A stretch of 64,000 bases of DNA from Eledone cirrhosa (Eukaryota), in contig OZ024741.1 in the NCBI GenBank assembly GCA_964016885.1, positions 88,536,001-88,600,000 on the forward strand, written 5' to 3'. Shown piece after piece: positions 11,008 through 22,165 of the stretch. Below the pieces are notes generated by a model, which worked only from the letters and a program-made list of their open reading frames with translations, was not told where the DNA came from and made no database searches. The translations under genes and the position numbers were made by a program. How positions within the stretch are numbered: position 1 is the first letter of the stretch; every line of letters begins with the position of its first letter.

Positions 11008-14000
11008 ACACCCAGTCCATGCTGTAAAATGGCGCTGGTGTTAGGAAGGGCATCCAAACAGTGTATAAATGCCAAAACGCTTATCAGCACAGCAACAAAT
11101 AGGAGCTACAACAAAATATGAAGACGTCACATCTCAGAGTTGCAACACTTAATGTTGGCACTCTCAGAGGTAGATCTGCTGAAATAGCAGAGATGCTGGA
11201 GAGAAGGCATGTGGATGTGTGCTGCGTGCAAGAGGTGCCTCTGCGTGACTAGCCGTAGGCAAACATCTTAGCTATAAGCTTTTCTGGGTAGGTAAGGATG
11301 ATGGGTTAAGGGGAGTAGGCCTTTTCCTGACTGAGAGATGGATCAATAAGACAATAGAGATAGTTTGAGTTAGTAATCGAATAATTAAGCTTAGATTAGT
11401 TGTAGGCAGGAGACTACTGACAATCATCTCTGCCTATGCTCCCCAAGCAGGCCTAGGCAAAGATGAGAAAGACTACTTTTACGAGCAACTTTTACAAACA
11501 ACCGCAATGACAGAAGACGGAGACATCGTTATGCGAGCAGGGGACTTCAATGGTCATGTTGGACAGCTCCAGGATGGTTACAATGGGGTACATGGTGGAC
11601 ACGGTTACAGCTCAAGAAATGAAGGAGTGAGACTTCTTGAATTTTGTGATACAAGTACATTGATTATTTGCAACACAAACTTCCAGAAACCTGCCAACCA
11701 CCTAATAACCTACAAATCTGGCGAGCACATAAGCCAGATTGACTTCTTACTAGTTAGGCAGTGGGACAGGCAGATAGTGTCTAATACCAAGGCATACCCT
11801 GGGGAAGAATGTACCCCACAGCATAGGTTAGTTGTTAGTGATATCTCAGTAAGCAAGAGATGGAATGAGACATACAGGAAGGTGTGGAGAAGAAAGGTTT
11901 GGAAGCTAAAAGACTTTTCACTAAAATACAAATTTATGAAAGCCCTTCAAGATGTGTATGATGAAAAAGTAGACGATTTAGAGACGTATGACATAAATAA
12001 TAACTGGAATTTCTTACGTGACAACTTACTGCAGGCTACTGATGAAACTTGTGGCTGGAGCAGAGCTCCAACCAGACAGAGAGTGACCAGGTGGTGGAAC
12101 AGCACAGTAGATAAGGCCATTAGAGACAAAAGACTAGCATGGAAGGCTTGGAAAAAGGGTGGGAGTAGGGAAGAATATATAGCCGCTAAGAGAGAAGCTA
12201 GATGTCAGGTGTACTTAGCACGCAGGGAGGCTGAGAGTAGGAGGTTTGCCAATGTTCTGCGACGGGAAGATCAGAGGCGTGCAGTGTTCCACATTGCAAG
12301 GGAGTGTGTCAATGCAAATCAGGATGTTGTTAGAGATAAATGTGTCCGGAACAATGTCGGTGTACTTAGTGTCATGAATGATCAGAAAAAGGAGGCCTGG
12401 AAATGTCATTGAGATACTGATCAATGTGGAGAACGAATGGGAGAGAGAGAAATTACCCTTAGTAGATCCGACAGAGGGACCAGCTATTGAGATTGACGAA
12501 TATAGGGTCCAAGGGGCGATTAAAGAAATGAAAAATGGTAAGGCTGCTGGACCATTGGGAATATTTGCTGAGATGCTGAAGGCATCAGGGGACGTAGGCA
12601 CTAAGCTGGTGGCATGCATCATCAATCAGACTATGGGTGGTGTCATACCCAATGACTGGTGCAGCAGTATTCTCATAAATTGCTACAAAGGTAAAGGGGA
12701 TGCTCTAAAGAGGAGCAATTATAGGGGTATAAAACTGATGGATCAGGTTATGAAAGTGGCAGAAAGGATATTAGCACAACTAATTAGAGGAAGGGTCAAA
12801 CTAGACGAGATGCAGTTTGGTTTTGTGCCTGGGAATAGTACAACAGATGCCCTCTTCTTGGTGAGACAATTGCAAGAGAGGTTCTTAGAGAAAAATAAGG
12901 CACTATACTTAGCCTTTGTTGACCTAGAGAAGGCCTTTGATAGGGTACCCCGATCTGTCATCTGGTGGTCCCTAAGGAAACTAGGTGTTGAGGAATGGCT
13001 TGTGAGGACAGTGCAAACTTAGTACAGAGGTACTGTCAGTAAAGTCAGAGTAGGAATGGAGTTTAGTGAGGAATTCCAGATACAAGTAGGAGTACATCAA
13101 GGTTCGGTCCTCAGCCCACTCTTGTTCATTATAGTCCTCCAAGCCATAACAGAGGAGTTTAAGACTGGCTGTCCATGGGAACTTCTCTATGCTGATGATC
13201 TGGTTCTTATAGCAGAATCAGTAGAGGAGCTAGAGAATAAATTCTGGCTATGGAAACAGCAGTTGGAAGCAAGAGGACTAAAAGTAAACCTAGCAAAGAC
13301 AAAGTGTTGATGAGTAGAAAAGAGGACAAAACTGATTCCGTCAGGGAAATGGCCATGTTCGATATGCAGAAAAGGAACTGGCATAAATTCTATAAAATGC
13401 ACACAATGCAGATCCTGGGTACGCAAGAGATGTAGCGGGATAGCAGGCAAACTAACAGGTAGAGAGAAATAAGTATGCAGTAGATGTACAGGGAAATTAG
13501 ACAGTAGAAGTCGCATTGATAGACACATTTTTCAAATGCAGGAGGGCGCTATAGAAGTGGTGGATAGCTTCCGGTACCTAGGAGATCAGATTAGCATGGG
13601 AGGAGGGTGTTCCGAGGCCATAGTATCTAGAATAAAGACAGGTTGGAAGAAGTTTAGGGAGCTGCTTCCTCTGCTGACGAAGAAGGGTTTCTCCCTGCGT
13701 ACGAAAGGCCGGTTGTATGATGCCTGTGTGAGGAGCGCGATGCTGCATGGTAGTGAGACATGGGCAGCAACTGCAGAGGATATGCGACGGCTGGAGAGAA
13801 ATGAGGCAAGCATGCTCCGTTGGATGTGCAGTGTCAATGTGCGTGAACGACCCAGCATGAATGTGTTGAGAGAGAAACTGTGTCTGAGAGGGTTAGAATG
13901 TAGTGTACGGGAGAGGAGACTGAGGTGGTATGGACATGTGATGCGCATGGAGGATGACCGATGGGTGAAGAAGTGCCAGGAAATGCCAGTTGAAGGAAGA

Positions 14001-14175
14001 CGTGGTAGAGGTAGACCACGAAAAACATGGGCGGAGGTGGTGAGAACAGTGCTCAGATCGCTGAAGCTCACGGTGGAGATGACGAAGGACCGTGACAAGT
14101 GGAGAGATGCTGTGCTGAATAAGACCCGTCCCACCCTTGCAAGCAGGGAAGAGCGGACGTAAAATGATGATGATA
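11008..14175 (+). mobile_element. Essentially full-length degenerate RTE LINE, subfamily 2
   Basis: ATG at 11118 gives MKTSHLRVATLNVGTLRGRSAEIAEML (APE N-terminus); ORFs 11507-12412, 12378-13022, 13056-13310 and 13536-14162 cover APE, RT, the PHD remnant and the C-terminus; very short 3' UTR and (ATG)n tail. Confidence 0.95.
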
Positions 14176-14419
14176 ACACCGCCAGCTCTCTCTTCCATTC
14201 TCCTTCTGTCTCTTCTCCCTCTGTTTATGAAGGTACCCAGAAAACCCCATATCTCGAGAACCTGTGCTTCAATTTACGTGAAACTTGTTTTATTCCCTTT
14301 GTATTCCCATTTCAGGGGCAACTTCCTTTCAAAGTATTTTCCCATTATGCGCCCCTTTGGCTGTATTACATTACAGACAAGCAAGCAAGATATCACAGAC
14401 TTTTAGTAATATACTAGAC

Positions 14420-16790
14420 CACAGGTTCTCAACCCATTTCGGCCAAACGCTTCCTTTTTGCTCCTTGAAATCATGAAATTACCCTATATTTCCATTTTTC
14501 AATATACTATTAATTTTGATATCAGTAGATTACTACAAAATTGATATTAACAATATTCCAAAAATACCATTGCAGAAATACATTCCTTGAAAGGAAGTAT
14601 ATAAATTTAAAAAAAAAAAGAAACATAAATGTTCTTTTTTATGAATAAGGACCAGTTGAATTTGTTATATTCCCACCAGGTGGTACCAGCCATTTTGAAC
14701 ATTTATACAAGAGCAAGTCTGTCTATCCAAAGAGTGCTCTTATTTGGAAGAAAGTGGCAATTATATCGTTTCAAAGCTTTCCAATTTTCCCTTTAATGAA
14801 ACAGACAGAATAAATGTTGATATCTAACTTGATGTCCCCTCCGCTTTGTGAGCTTAGAAACCATGGAAGAGGGTTTTCATGATCATGTAAGAGGGTATAT
14901 TTATTAGTAAATGGTAAAATATATACAACAAATGAGTAAATGAATTGTGGTTGATGGTAAAAAAAAAAAAAAATTGTTAGTTTGCTTCGTAACTATAGCA
15001 TATCCAAGTTTTCCGATAAATCGACTTACTTTAACATTTCAATGGGACCCTTGAGCTTCATGGAGTCTAGCTAACTCTTTGTCGTCAGGCTGGATTTTCA
15101 TAAGATGTAGCTGGAGATCTCCATGTGTAATTTAAATTGTAGCGGTTGCGAGCCTTACTGTGCAGTCTGGAAACAGCGCTGAACCCCCTCTTGACTAAGT
15201 ATGAGCTTAGAAAAGGCAGAGCACATCTCTTAGCCTCTGCATGTAGGAGTGGAAATCAACGCTGAATTTTCTCTAGCATCCAAAAAAAGGGGTTCACCTA
15301 TTTTGATCATGTCATCTGTTTGAAGTTCAATGAATTCTTCCTGAAATTTAACGTCCAAATCGTCGATGTTAGCTATGAAGGGATCTGCTATCCACATTGG
15401 GATGTCCATCTGCAAAAGGTCGACAAACTGTTTTCTCATGTTGTCTTGTAGCACACGGAGGTGAGCGGTATAAATTTGGAGTTGGTCATCACTCAATGTT
15501 TTGAACATTGGCGACACTAGGAAAATTATAGAATTCCAGTTGACAAAGATTCCTTTCGATGACATTCAATTCAGCCAGGAATGTTTTCACAGCATTCCTT
15601 GCTTTAAGCAAGGTGATCCCTCCCCGCCCCACTGCAAAGCCATAATGAGGTTATTGTATTCGTCGAAGATGTCGGCGAGGTAGGCGCAGTCTTGCCTCAC
15701 ATTGAAGGTTTTCTTGTACAGTTCTGTGTTGCGTGCTCAAAGAAACAATGATAGAGTTGAAGCGAAAGGCACTTGCCCTTTGAAAGCCACCTCACTTCAG
15801 TAATAAGGAGCAACTTGACGAATTCTCGTCATTATCTTGGCACAGTTGCCAGAAAATTCATTCATTGAAGGCATGGCCTTTGATAAAATTGATGACATCA
15901 ATGGCCACCTGCAAAGACTTGCTCAGTGGCTCACTGAGTTTCTTCGCAGCCAAGTCTTGTCGATGACACAATGAACAGCAAATACAAATGGATTTTCTCT
16001 CTTCAGAAGAGTGACGAAACCCTTATGTCGGCCGACCATTGCTCTTGCACCGCCTGTAGCACATGATACAATGCTGTTAAGAGGTATCGCTTTTTCTTCA
16101 AGGTATCCCTTGACAGATTCAAAGATGGTGGCACCTTTAGTATCTGTGGCTAGATTCAGAGTGAAGAGAAGCTCCTTGTGCATTTCGTTTTGTGGAAAAA
16201 TCGCACGTATTCCAGCAGTATGGACTGATTCCCGGAAAGCGTGCTTTCATCAAGTTGCAAAGCAAATTGTGTCAATTTCAAGATGTTGCATAATTTATGT
16301 TCAACCTTTTCCACCATTTCGTCAATGCATCTCTTTATTCAGTCGTTACTCAGCGGAATACGTTTTAAGGTCTTTAATGGGTTCTAATATAGTACTGTTG
16401 AAAGAACTTGAGATGACAGGAACTACCAATGTTTCTCCTAAGGAATGGGGCTTGCCACATATTGCGATTATGTTGACAATATTATAAGATGCGATAAGTC
16501 CATCAACATTTGAAGCTTCAACTTTTGAAAAGGCAGAAGAAATCAGTGTTGTTTTCTGAAATTGGTCCCTAAGAGTCTGAAAGTGTGCTAAATCTTTATA
16601 TCTCTTATCGGGGTGCCCCACCTCCAGGTGTCTACGCAAACTTGACGGCTTCATTGCCTTATTCGAAAAGGACTCTTTACAAATTAAACACATGGGTGAC
16701 AGGATGTTCGACGGCGATGGGATGAATCCAAACCACAAGTAATCAATGCTGTACTGCCTGCATTTTTTCTTCATTGCTCAGGCCATTATT
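14420..16790 (-). mobile_element. hAT (Charlie/Buster-type) DNA transposon relic; transposase pseudogene ~15039-16786
   Basis: N-terminus KKKCRQYS..YL.FGFI..PMCLIC..SNKAMKPSSLRRHL (BED-type finger), VSCAT.GA.AMVGRHKG..AVHC and a C-terminal SYLV.RGFSAV dimerisation region; terminus cacaggttctcaacc at 14420 preceded by tactagac (Charlie-type target). Other TIR not seen. Confidence 0.88.
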
Positions 16791-17039
16791 GAATGTGTTT
16801 GGTAAAATCATGCAAAGATTCGCCTATATAATTATGTATAAGGAACTTACTATAATGGGTCCTATTCCTGTATGATAAAGTTTCAAGTAATGTTCTGGAA
16901 TAACACTTTGTAATAAATGCAACTGCAATGATGCTGCAATTGTAATGGATGACTGTTGAAGACTGTAAAAGCCCTTCCTTAAGCCCAAGGCTATAATAGA
17001 AGACTTGATCGTAGTATGTAGTAGAATACAGCCACAGTC

Positions 17040-17185
17040 AGTTTATTTTGAGAAGCTGAGCAAACTGGAGCAACGTGAAATAAAGTGTCTTGCTCATGAA
17101 CACAACGCAAAGTCCAGTTTGAGAATCAAACTCACAACCTTGCGATTGTAAGCTCGACGCTCTAACCATTAAGTTATGCATCTTC
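17040..17185 (-). mobile_element. tRNA/CORE-type SINE head fragment, family B
   Basis: Reverse complement matches 31806-31931 (gagcaagacactttatttcacgttgctccagttt). Confidence 0.7.
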
Positions 17186-17620
17186 ATGTGTTATTTTAGT
17201 ATTTTACCTCCTCATAACTGTTAAGGTTTTCCCCAAAACTTTAACAGTTATGGGGAGGATAATATTTCATGCAATGTAAAGCTTATAAATTACTAAAATA
17301 TAATATGAAATAAGTAAGATGCAAGACTCTAGCAGGTCCGAGTACCCAGCTGAGTGCAAGAATGTAAGCAAGATGCAGACCCCCAGCCCATCTGAAGAGT
17401 CAGTATCTCTGCTAGAATACTAACTCGGTCTGTGATAATTCAAACCTTGCTAGCAGGGAAAAAAGGTAAATAAAGATGAGGAAGAAATTCCAGTCTTGGT
17501 GTTCATAACTTAACCTAAATTGGAGAACAGACAAGCTTTTCATATTAATAAAAAGGTGTATTATGTAATTTTTCGTGCCTTAGTTTTCTAAGACTACTGG
17601 ATGATTGAATTTAGATATAT

Positions 17621-19467
17621 GTACCTAGCTAAAAGTAAGCCACTCTACCTGGCATTCGTCGATCTCGAGAAAGCCTTTGACAGAGTTCCACGTGCTATAA
17701 TCTGGTGGGCTCTTAGAAAACTAGGAGTAGATGAATGGCTTGTGAAAGCTGTACAAGCCATGTATAGAGGGAGCAGTCAGCAAAGTGAGGATTAGCAATG
17801 AGTATAGCGAGGAATTTAGCATACAGGTTGGTGTCCACCGGGGCTCTGTTTTTAGCCCTCTCCTGTTCATCATAGTCTTGCAGGCAATAACGGAGGAGTT
17901 TAAGACCGGATGCCCATGGGAACTCCTGTATGCAAATGACCTCGCACTTATAGCTGAATCTATGGTAGAACTAGAGAAGAATTTCCAAACTTGGAAGCAG
18001 GGACTAGAAAGAAAGGGTCTCAAAGTCAACCTGACAAAGACTAAGGTCCTTGTAAGTAGACTAGAAAACAGAACCCAGATCCCCTCAGGGAAATGGCCTT
18101 GCTCAGTATGTAGGAAAGGTGTAGGTAGGAAGAACTCCATTCTCTGCCCCAAATGCAAACAATGGGTACACAAGAGGTGTAGCGCGTTCTCAGGAAGCTT
18201 AATTAAGAATATAGGCTTCACATGTAGCAGCTGTGCTGGGACAGCAAGCAGCAAACAGCCACAGGAAACAAGTACCACCAATCTCTGAGAGGGCTCTGTA
18301 CAAACAGTAGACAGCTTCTGCTACCTAGGTGACCGAATTAGCAGCGGAGGTGGGTGTTCAGAAAGTACAATAACTAGGGTAAGAACGCGATGGAAGAAGT
18401 TCAGGGAACTACTGCCACTGCTAGCTGCAAAAGGCTTTTCCCTCAAAATGAAAGGCAGACTGTATGATGCGTGTATCATCACCGTTTTACGTCCGTTCTT
18501 CCACGCTAGCATGGGTTAGACGGGTTGTCCTGTTGTGGGCAGTGTCTGGTCGGCTGACCATGCCTTGCTCATACAGGAACTGATTTGGCTTGATTTCTAC
18601 AGCTGGATGCCCTTCCTAACACCAACCTCATTTACAGTGAGTGCTGGGTGCTTTTTCGTGGCGCCTACACGTCCACTTTACAGTGTGGGCTGGGTGCTTT
18701 TTTGCCGTGGGGGGTGTGGGGGCATATTGTCTATTGTCCATATTGTGTATACGAACAGCAATGTTACACAGACCTGAGCGCTGAAGGTGGAAGACTTACG
18801 TAGATTAGAAAGAAACGAAGCCTACATGCTCCGATGGATGTGTAATAGTAATATACGCGAACGGCAAAGCATAAATGAATTGAGAGAGAGACTGAGCATA
18901 AGAGGAATTAAATGCTGTGTGCAGGAGAGGCGGTTGCGTTGGTATGGACATGTGATGCATATGAAGGATGACAGCTGCATAAAAAGGTGCAGAGCACTAG
19001 AAGTCAATGGAAACCGCGGAGTGAGGAGACCCAAGAAGACCTGGGATGAGGTGATAATAGCCGATCTTATCCAATTTCACCTCTCAAAGGCGATGACACA
19101 CGACAGTGACCTCTGACGTCACGCAGTAATAGAGTACCCGACCTCCCATGGGTACAAGCTGAAGCATATAGACAATATGCCCCCACACCCTCCCACTGCA
19201 AAGTGGTCGTGGAGGTGTCACGGCAAAAAAGCACCCAGTCCACACTGTAAAGTGGACGTGTAGGCGCCACGGAAAAAAAGCACCCAACACTCACTGTAAA
19301 TGAGGTTGCTGTTAGGAAGGGCATCCAGCTGTAGAAATCAACCCAAAATCAGTTCCTGTATGAGCAAGGCGGGTCAGCCGACCAGACACTGCCCACAACA
19401 GGACAACCCGTCTAATTCATGCTAGCATGGAAGAACGGACGTAAAACGGTGATGATAATGATGATAA
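17621..19467 (+). mobile_element. 5'-truncated RTE LINE, subfamily 1, with a nested antisense 3'-end insertion
   Basis: Near-identical to 3705-5085; RT, PHD finger, C-terminus, 3' UTR and (GAT)n tail. Confidence 0.94.
18477..18744 (-). mobile_element. RTE subfamily 1 3'-UTR fragment inserted antisense into the host copy
   Basis: Reverse complement of the 19170-19452 type sequence; gtgtat duplicated on both sides. Confidence 0.85.
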
Positions 19468-19861
19468 CATGAATGTGATGTTGAACTTGCTTACATGCAT
19501 AGGTTAAATGGATTATCTAGTTCTGCTATTTGACAAGTCAAGATGACTGCACCTTGCTCACATGTTCTATTTTGACAAGTTTTCTATGGCCTTTTCTAAT
19601 GCCAAATACTTAACAGCATGCACTGAGTACATTTTATTGAGGCACTAATACAGAGTGGACTGGTGGATTTTATCGTGGCACCAAGACTATGATCATAACT
19701 GGTGTACAATCTTGTCTGGTTGACAGAGAGATGGCCTGATTGCACAAATATTTCCTACATTGACCAGATTTAATTAGTGCAAACATATTGCCTACAATTC
19801 CATCTCAACACTGAGTGACTGGAGACTTCATTCAAAATGACCATATTTCTAATGAAACACT

Positions 19862-20226
19862 CATCATTATCATCACCATTTTACGTCCGTTCTTCCACGC
19901 TAGCATGGGTTAGACGGGTTGTCCTGTTGTGAGCAGTATCCAGTCGGCTGACCTTGTCTTGTTCATACAGGAACTGATTTTGGGTTGATTTCTACAGCTG
20001 GATGCCCTTCTTAACACCAACCTCATTTACAGTGAGTGCTGGGTGCTTTTTTCCGTGGCGCCTACACGTCCACTTTACAGTGTGGGTTGGGTGCTTTTTT
20101 GCTGTGGCACCTCCACAACCACTTTGCAGTGGGAGAGGGTGGGGTCTTCTGTATTACTGCGTGACGCCAGAGGGCGCGGTCGTGTGTCATTGCCCTTGAG
20201 AGGTGCAATTGGGTATGGTCGGCCTT
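19862..20226 (-). mobile_element. RTE subfamily 1 3'-end fragment
   Basis: Reverse complement of the end of the ORF plus 3' UTR and tail seen at 4750-5085. Confidence 0.88.
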
Positions 20227-20237
20227 TATTGCAAGTA

Positions 20238-21471
20238 CAGTGCATCTTCGTTTATCCGGATATCGCTTTTCCGAAATTCGATTTACCGGACGGCTATTTC
20301 TATACTACAAACAATGTGTATTTGAAGCGGCCAAGATGTTTTGCGGGAATCAACACGGAGAACTTGCCGGTCACCAATCGGAACTCGAAGAATGCTTGGG
20401 TAACTCTAGAAATTTTTGGCGAGTGGTTTCACAAAGTTTTCGTTCCGTTTGTCCATTTTGCTTTGGCTAAGATGGGGGTGAAGACAAAAGCGATTCTTGT
20501 TTTGGACAATTGTGCAGCGCATCTGGATGAGGAGGACTTGATTTCGGCAGATGGACAGTTTCAGGCAGCATTTCTTCCGGCGAACATTACGTCACTTATT
20601 CAGCCAATGGACCTGGGAGTTTTGGAGACACTAAAGCGGATTTACAGAAAATAATTGCTGCGGGATTTGATCAGAAAAGAGGACATGGGAATGATACCAT
20701 TTTTACGTGTGATAAACATGAGGGAGGTGGTTGACCGTTCAACTGTTGCATGGGACTCGATAACTGAGGAAACTTTGCGTCGATCGTGGAAAAAATTGAT
20801 GTCGGATAAGAACAAGGACAATTACGAAATTCCAATTACGGACGAAGCGCTTTAACGGGTTTGACAGAAATTGCTGGTGAGAGTTCGACGGAAGATTTGA
20901 TCGAATGGTTTGAGAATGACGGTTTAGGGTATGAACATTTTGATGACGTCGGAATTGTTGAACACGTAAGTCGAAAGGGGGATGACGAAGAAGAGGAAGT
21001 TCTAGTCGAAAAAGTTGTTGAGAAATGCCCCGTGACGCATGCGGAAGCATATCATCATATAGACCAATTTTTAACATATTTGAGGTATGAGGGACTGGCG
21101 GATCTGGTTAGCACTGCGATATGTTTACGTTGGCGGGAAATGGTAGCGGAACGACGAGCTTCGTCGCGGAAACAATCTTCTATTTATTAATTTTTAAAAA
21201 AGTACTAACTTTTTATGGTTTGACTCAATTCAGTTTTACCAAGTTTTTAGTTATTCTTATGTTTGTTTAATTAATTTTCTTATAAATTCTAGCTGTTCTT
21301 TTGTTATTCTAATAAACTTTCTTTACTTAGCATTTGTCTTTTATTTTGACTAAAAGAAGCCAAAACATTAGAAACCACGAGCATTATGTAACTGAGATTT
21401 TTAGAATTCACTTAACCGGATCTTTTTCTAACTGTTTGGTTTTGACCGTCCGGATAAGCAAAGATGCACTA
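20238..21471 (+). mobile_element. Internally deleted pogo/Tigger (DDE_1, Jerky/CENP-B-like) transposon
   Basis: TIRs cagtgcatcttcgtttatccgga / tccggataagcaaagatgcacta; peptide KNAWVT..F.EWF...F.P, ILVLDNCAAH, FLPANITSLIQPMDLGV; the N-terminal HTH region is missing. Confidence 0.92.
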
Positions 21472-21829
21472 TATTGCAAGTAATGCAGACTTTTAGAGGA
21501 TTTACAATTTATCATTTCATTGTTAAAATGGTATATGTAACATAACAAAAGGTTCTATAACAAATTGTTGGGAAATTTTTAATTCAAGTAGGAACTCTTT
21601 TAAAATAGGTGGGTTTGTTTTACATATCCAGAGGAGGTTCAGTATCAAACATGTTAACCAGTGTTGCAGGCTGAAATTATATGGACAGGTTTTACTAGAG
21701 ACCTAAGAACAGTGGCAGAACTTGGGTGCCAAGCCCTAATGAAGCTTGCACTCATTATTATGGTAGCAAGTAGATAAGTTTTCAATTTGAAGTTTAATTC
21801 TTCACCAGGGGTGGGGGAATATGGAGAAT

Positions 21830-22165
21830 AGTTAATGCCTTAGTATTTGTTCCAGCTCACTATGCTCTGAGTTTCAATCCCTCTGAGGTCAACTTTGCTT
21901 TTCATCCCTCCAAGGACAATAAATAAAGTGCCAGTCCAGTCAGTACTGGAGTAAATTCTTAAAGATTGGCAGAATCATTAGAGCATCAAACAAAATGCTA
22001 TGTGCTATTTGTTCCAGCTCTTTATGTTCTGTGTTCAAATCCTGTTTGGTTTAACTTTGTCTTTGATGCTTCTGGGAATCAATAAAATAATGGAATTAAT
22101 ATTATTGATTTCCCTTTCCCCAAAAATTCATTGGTCTTGTGCCTAAATTAAAAACAATTATTATG
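21830..22165 (+). mobile_element. Two decayed family A-like SINE copies in tandem
   Basis: Repeated tttgttccagctc...gttcaaatcc...aactttg...aataaa segments ending cttgtgcctaaattaaaaacaattatt. Confidence 0.55.

Noticed and set aside
13586-14179. Long antisense ORFs over LINE copies (also 3797-4327, 9393-9794, 17721-18281)
   Set aside because: Shadow frames of the RT coding strand.
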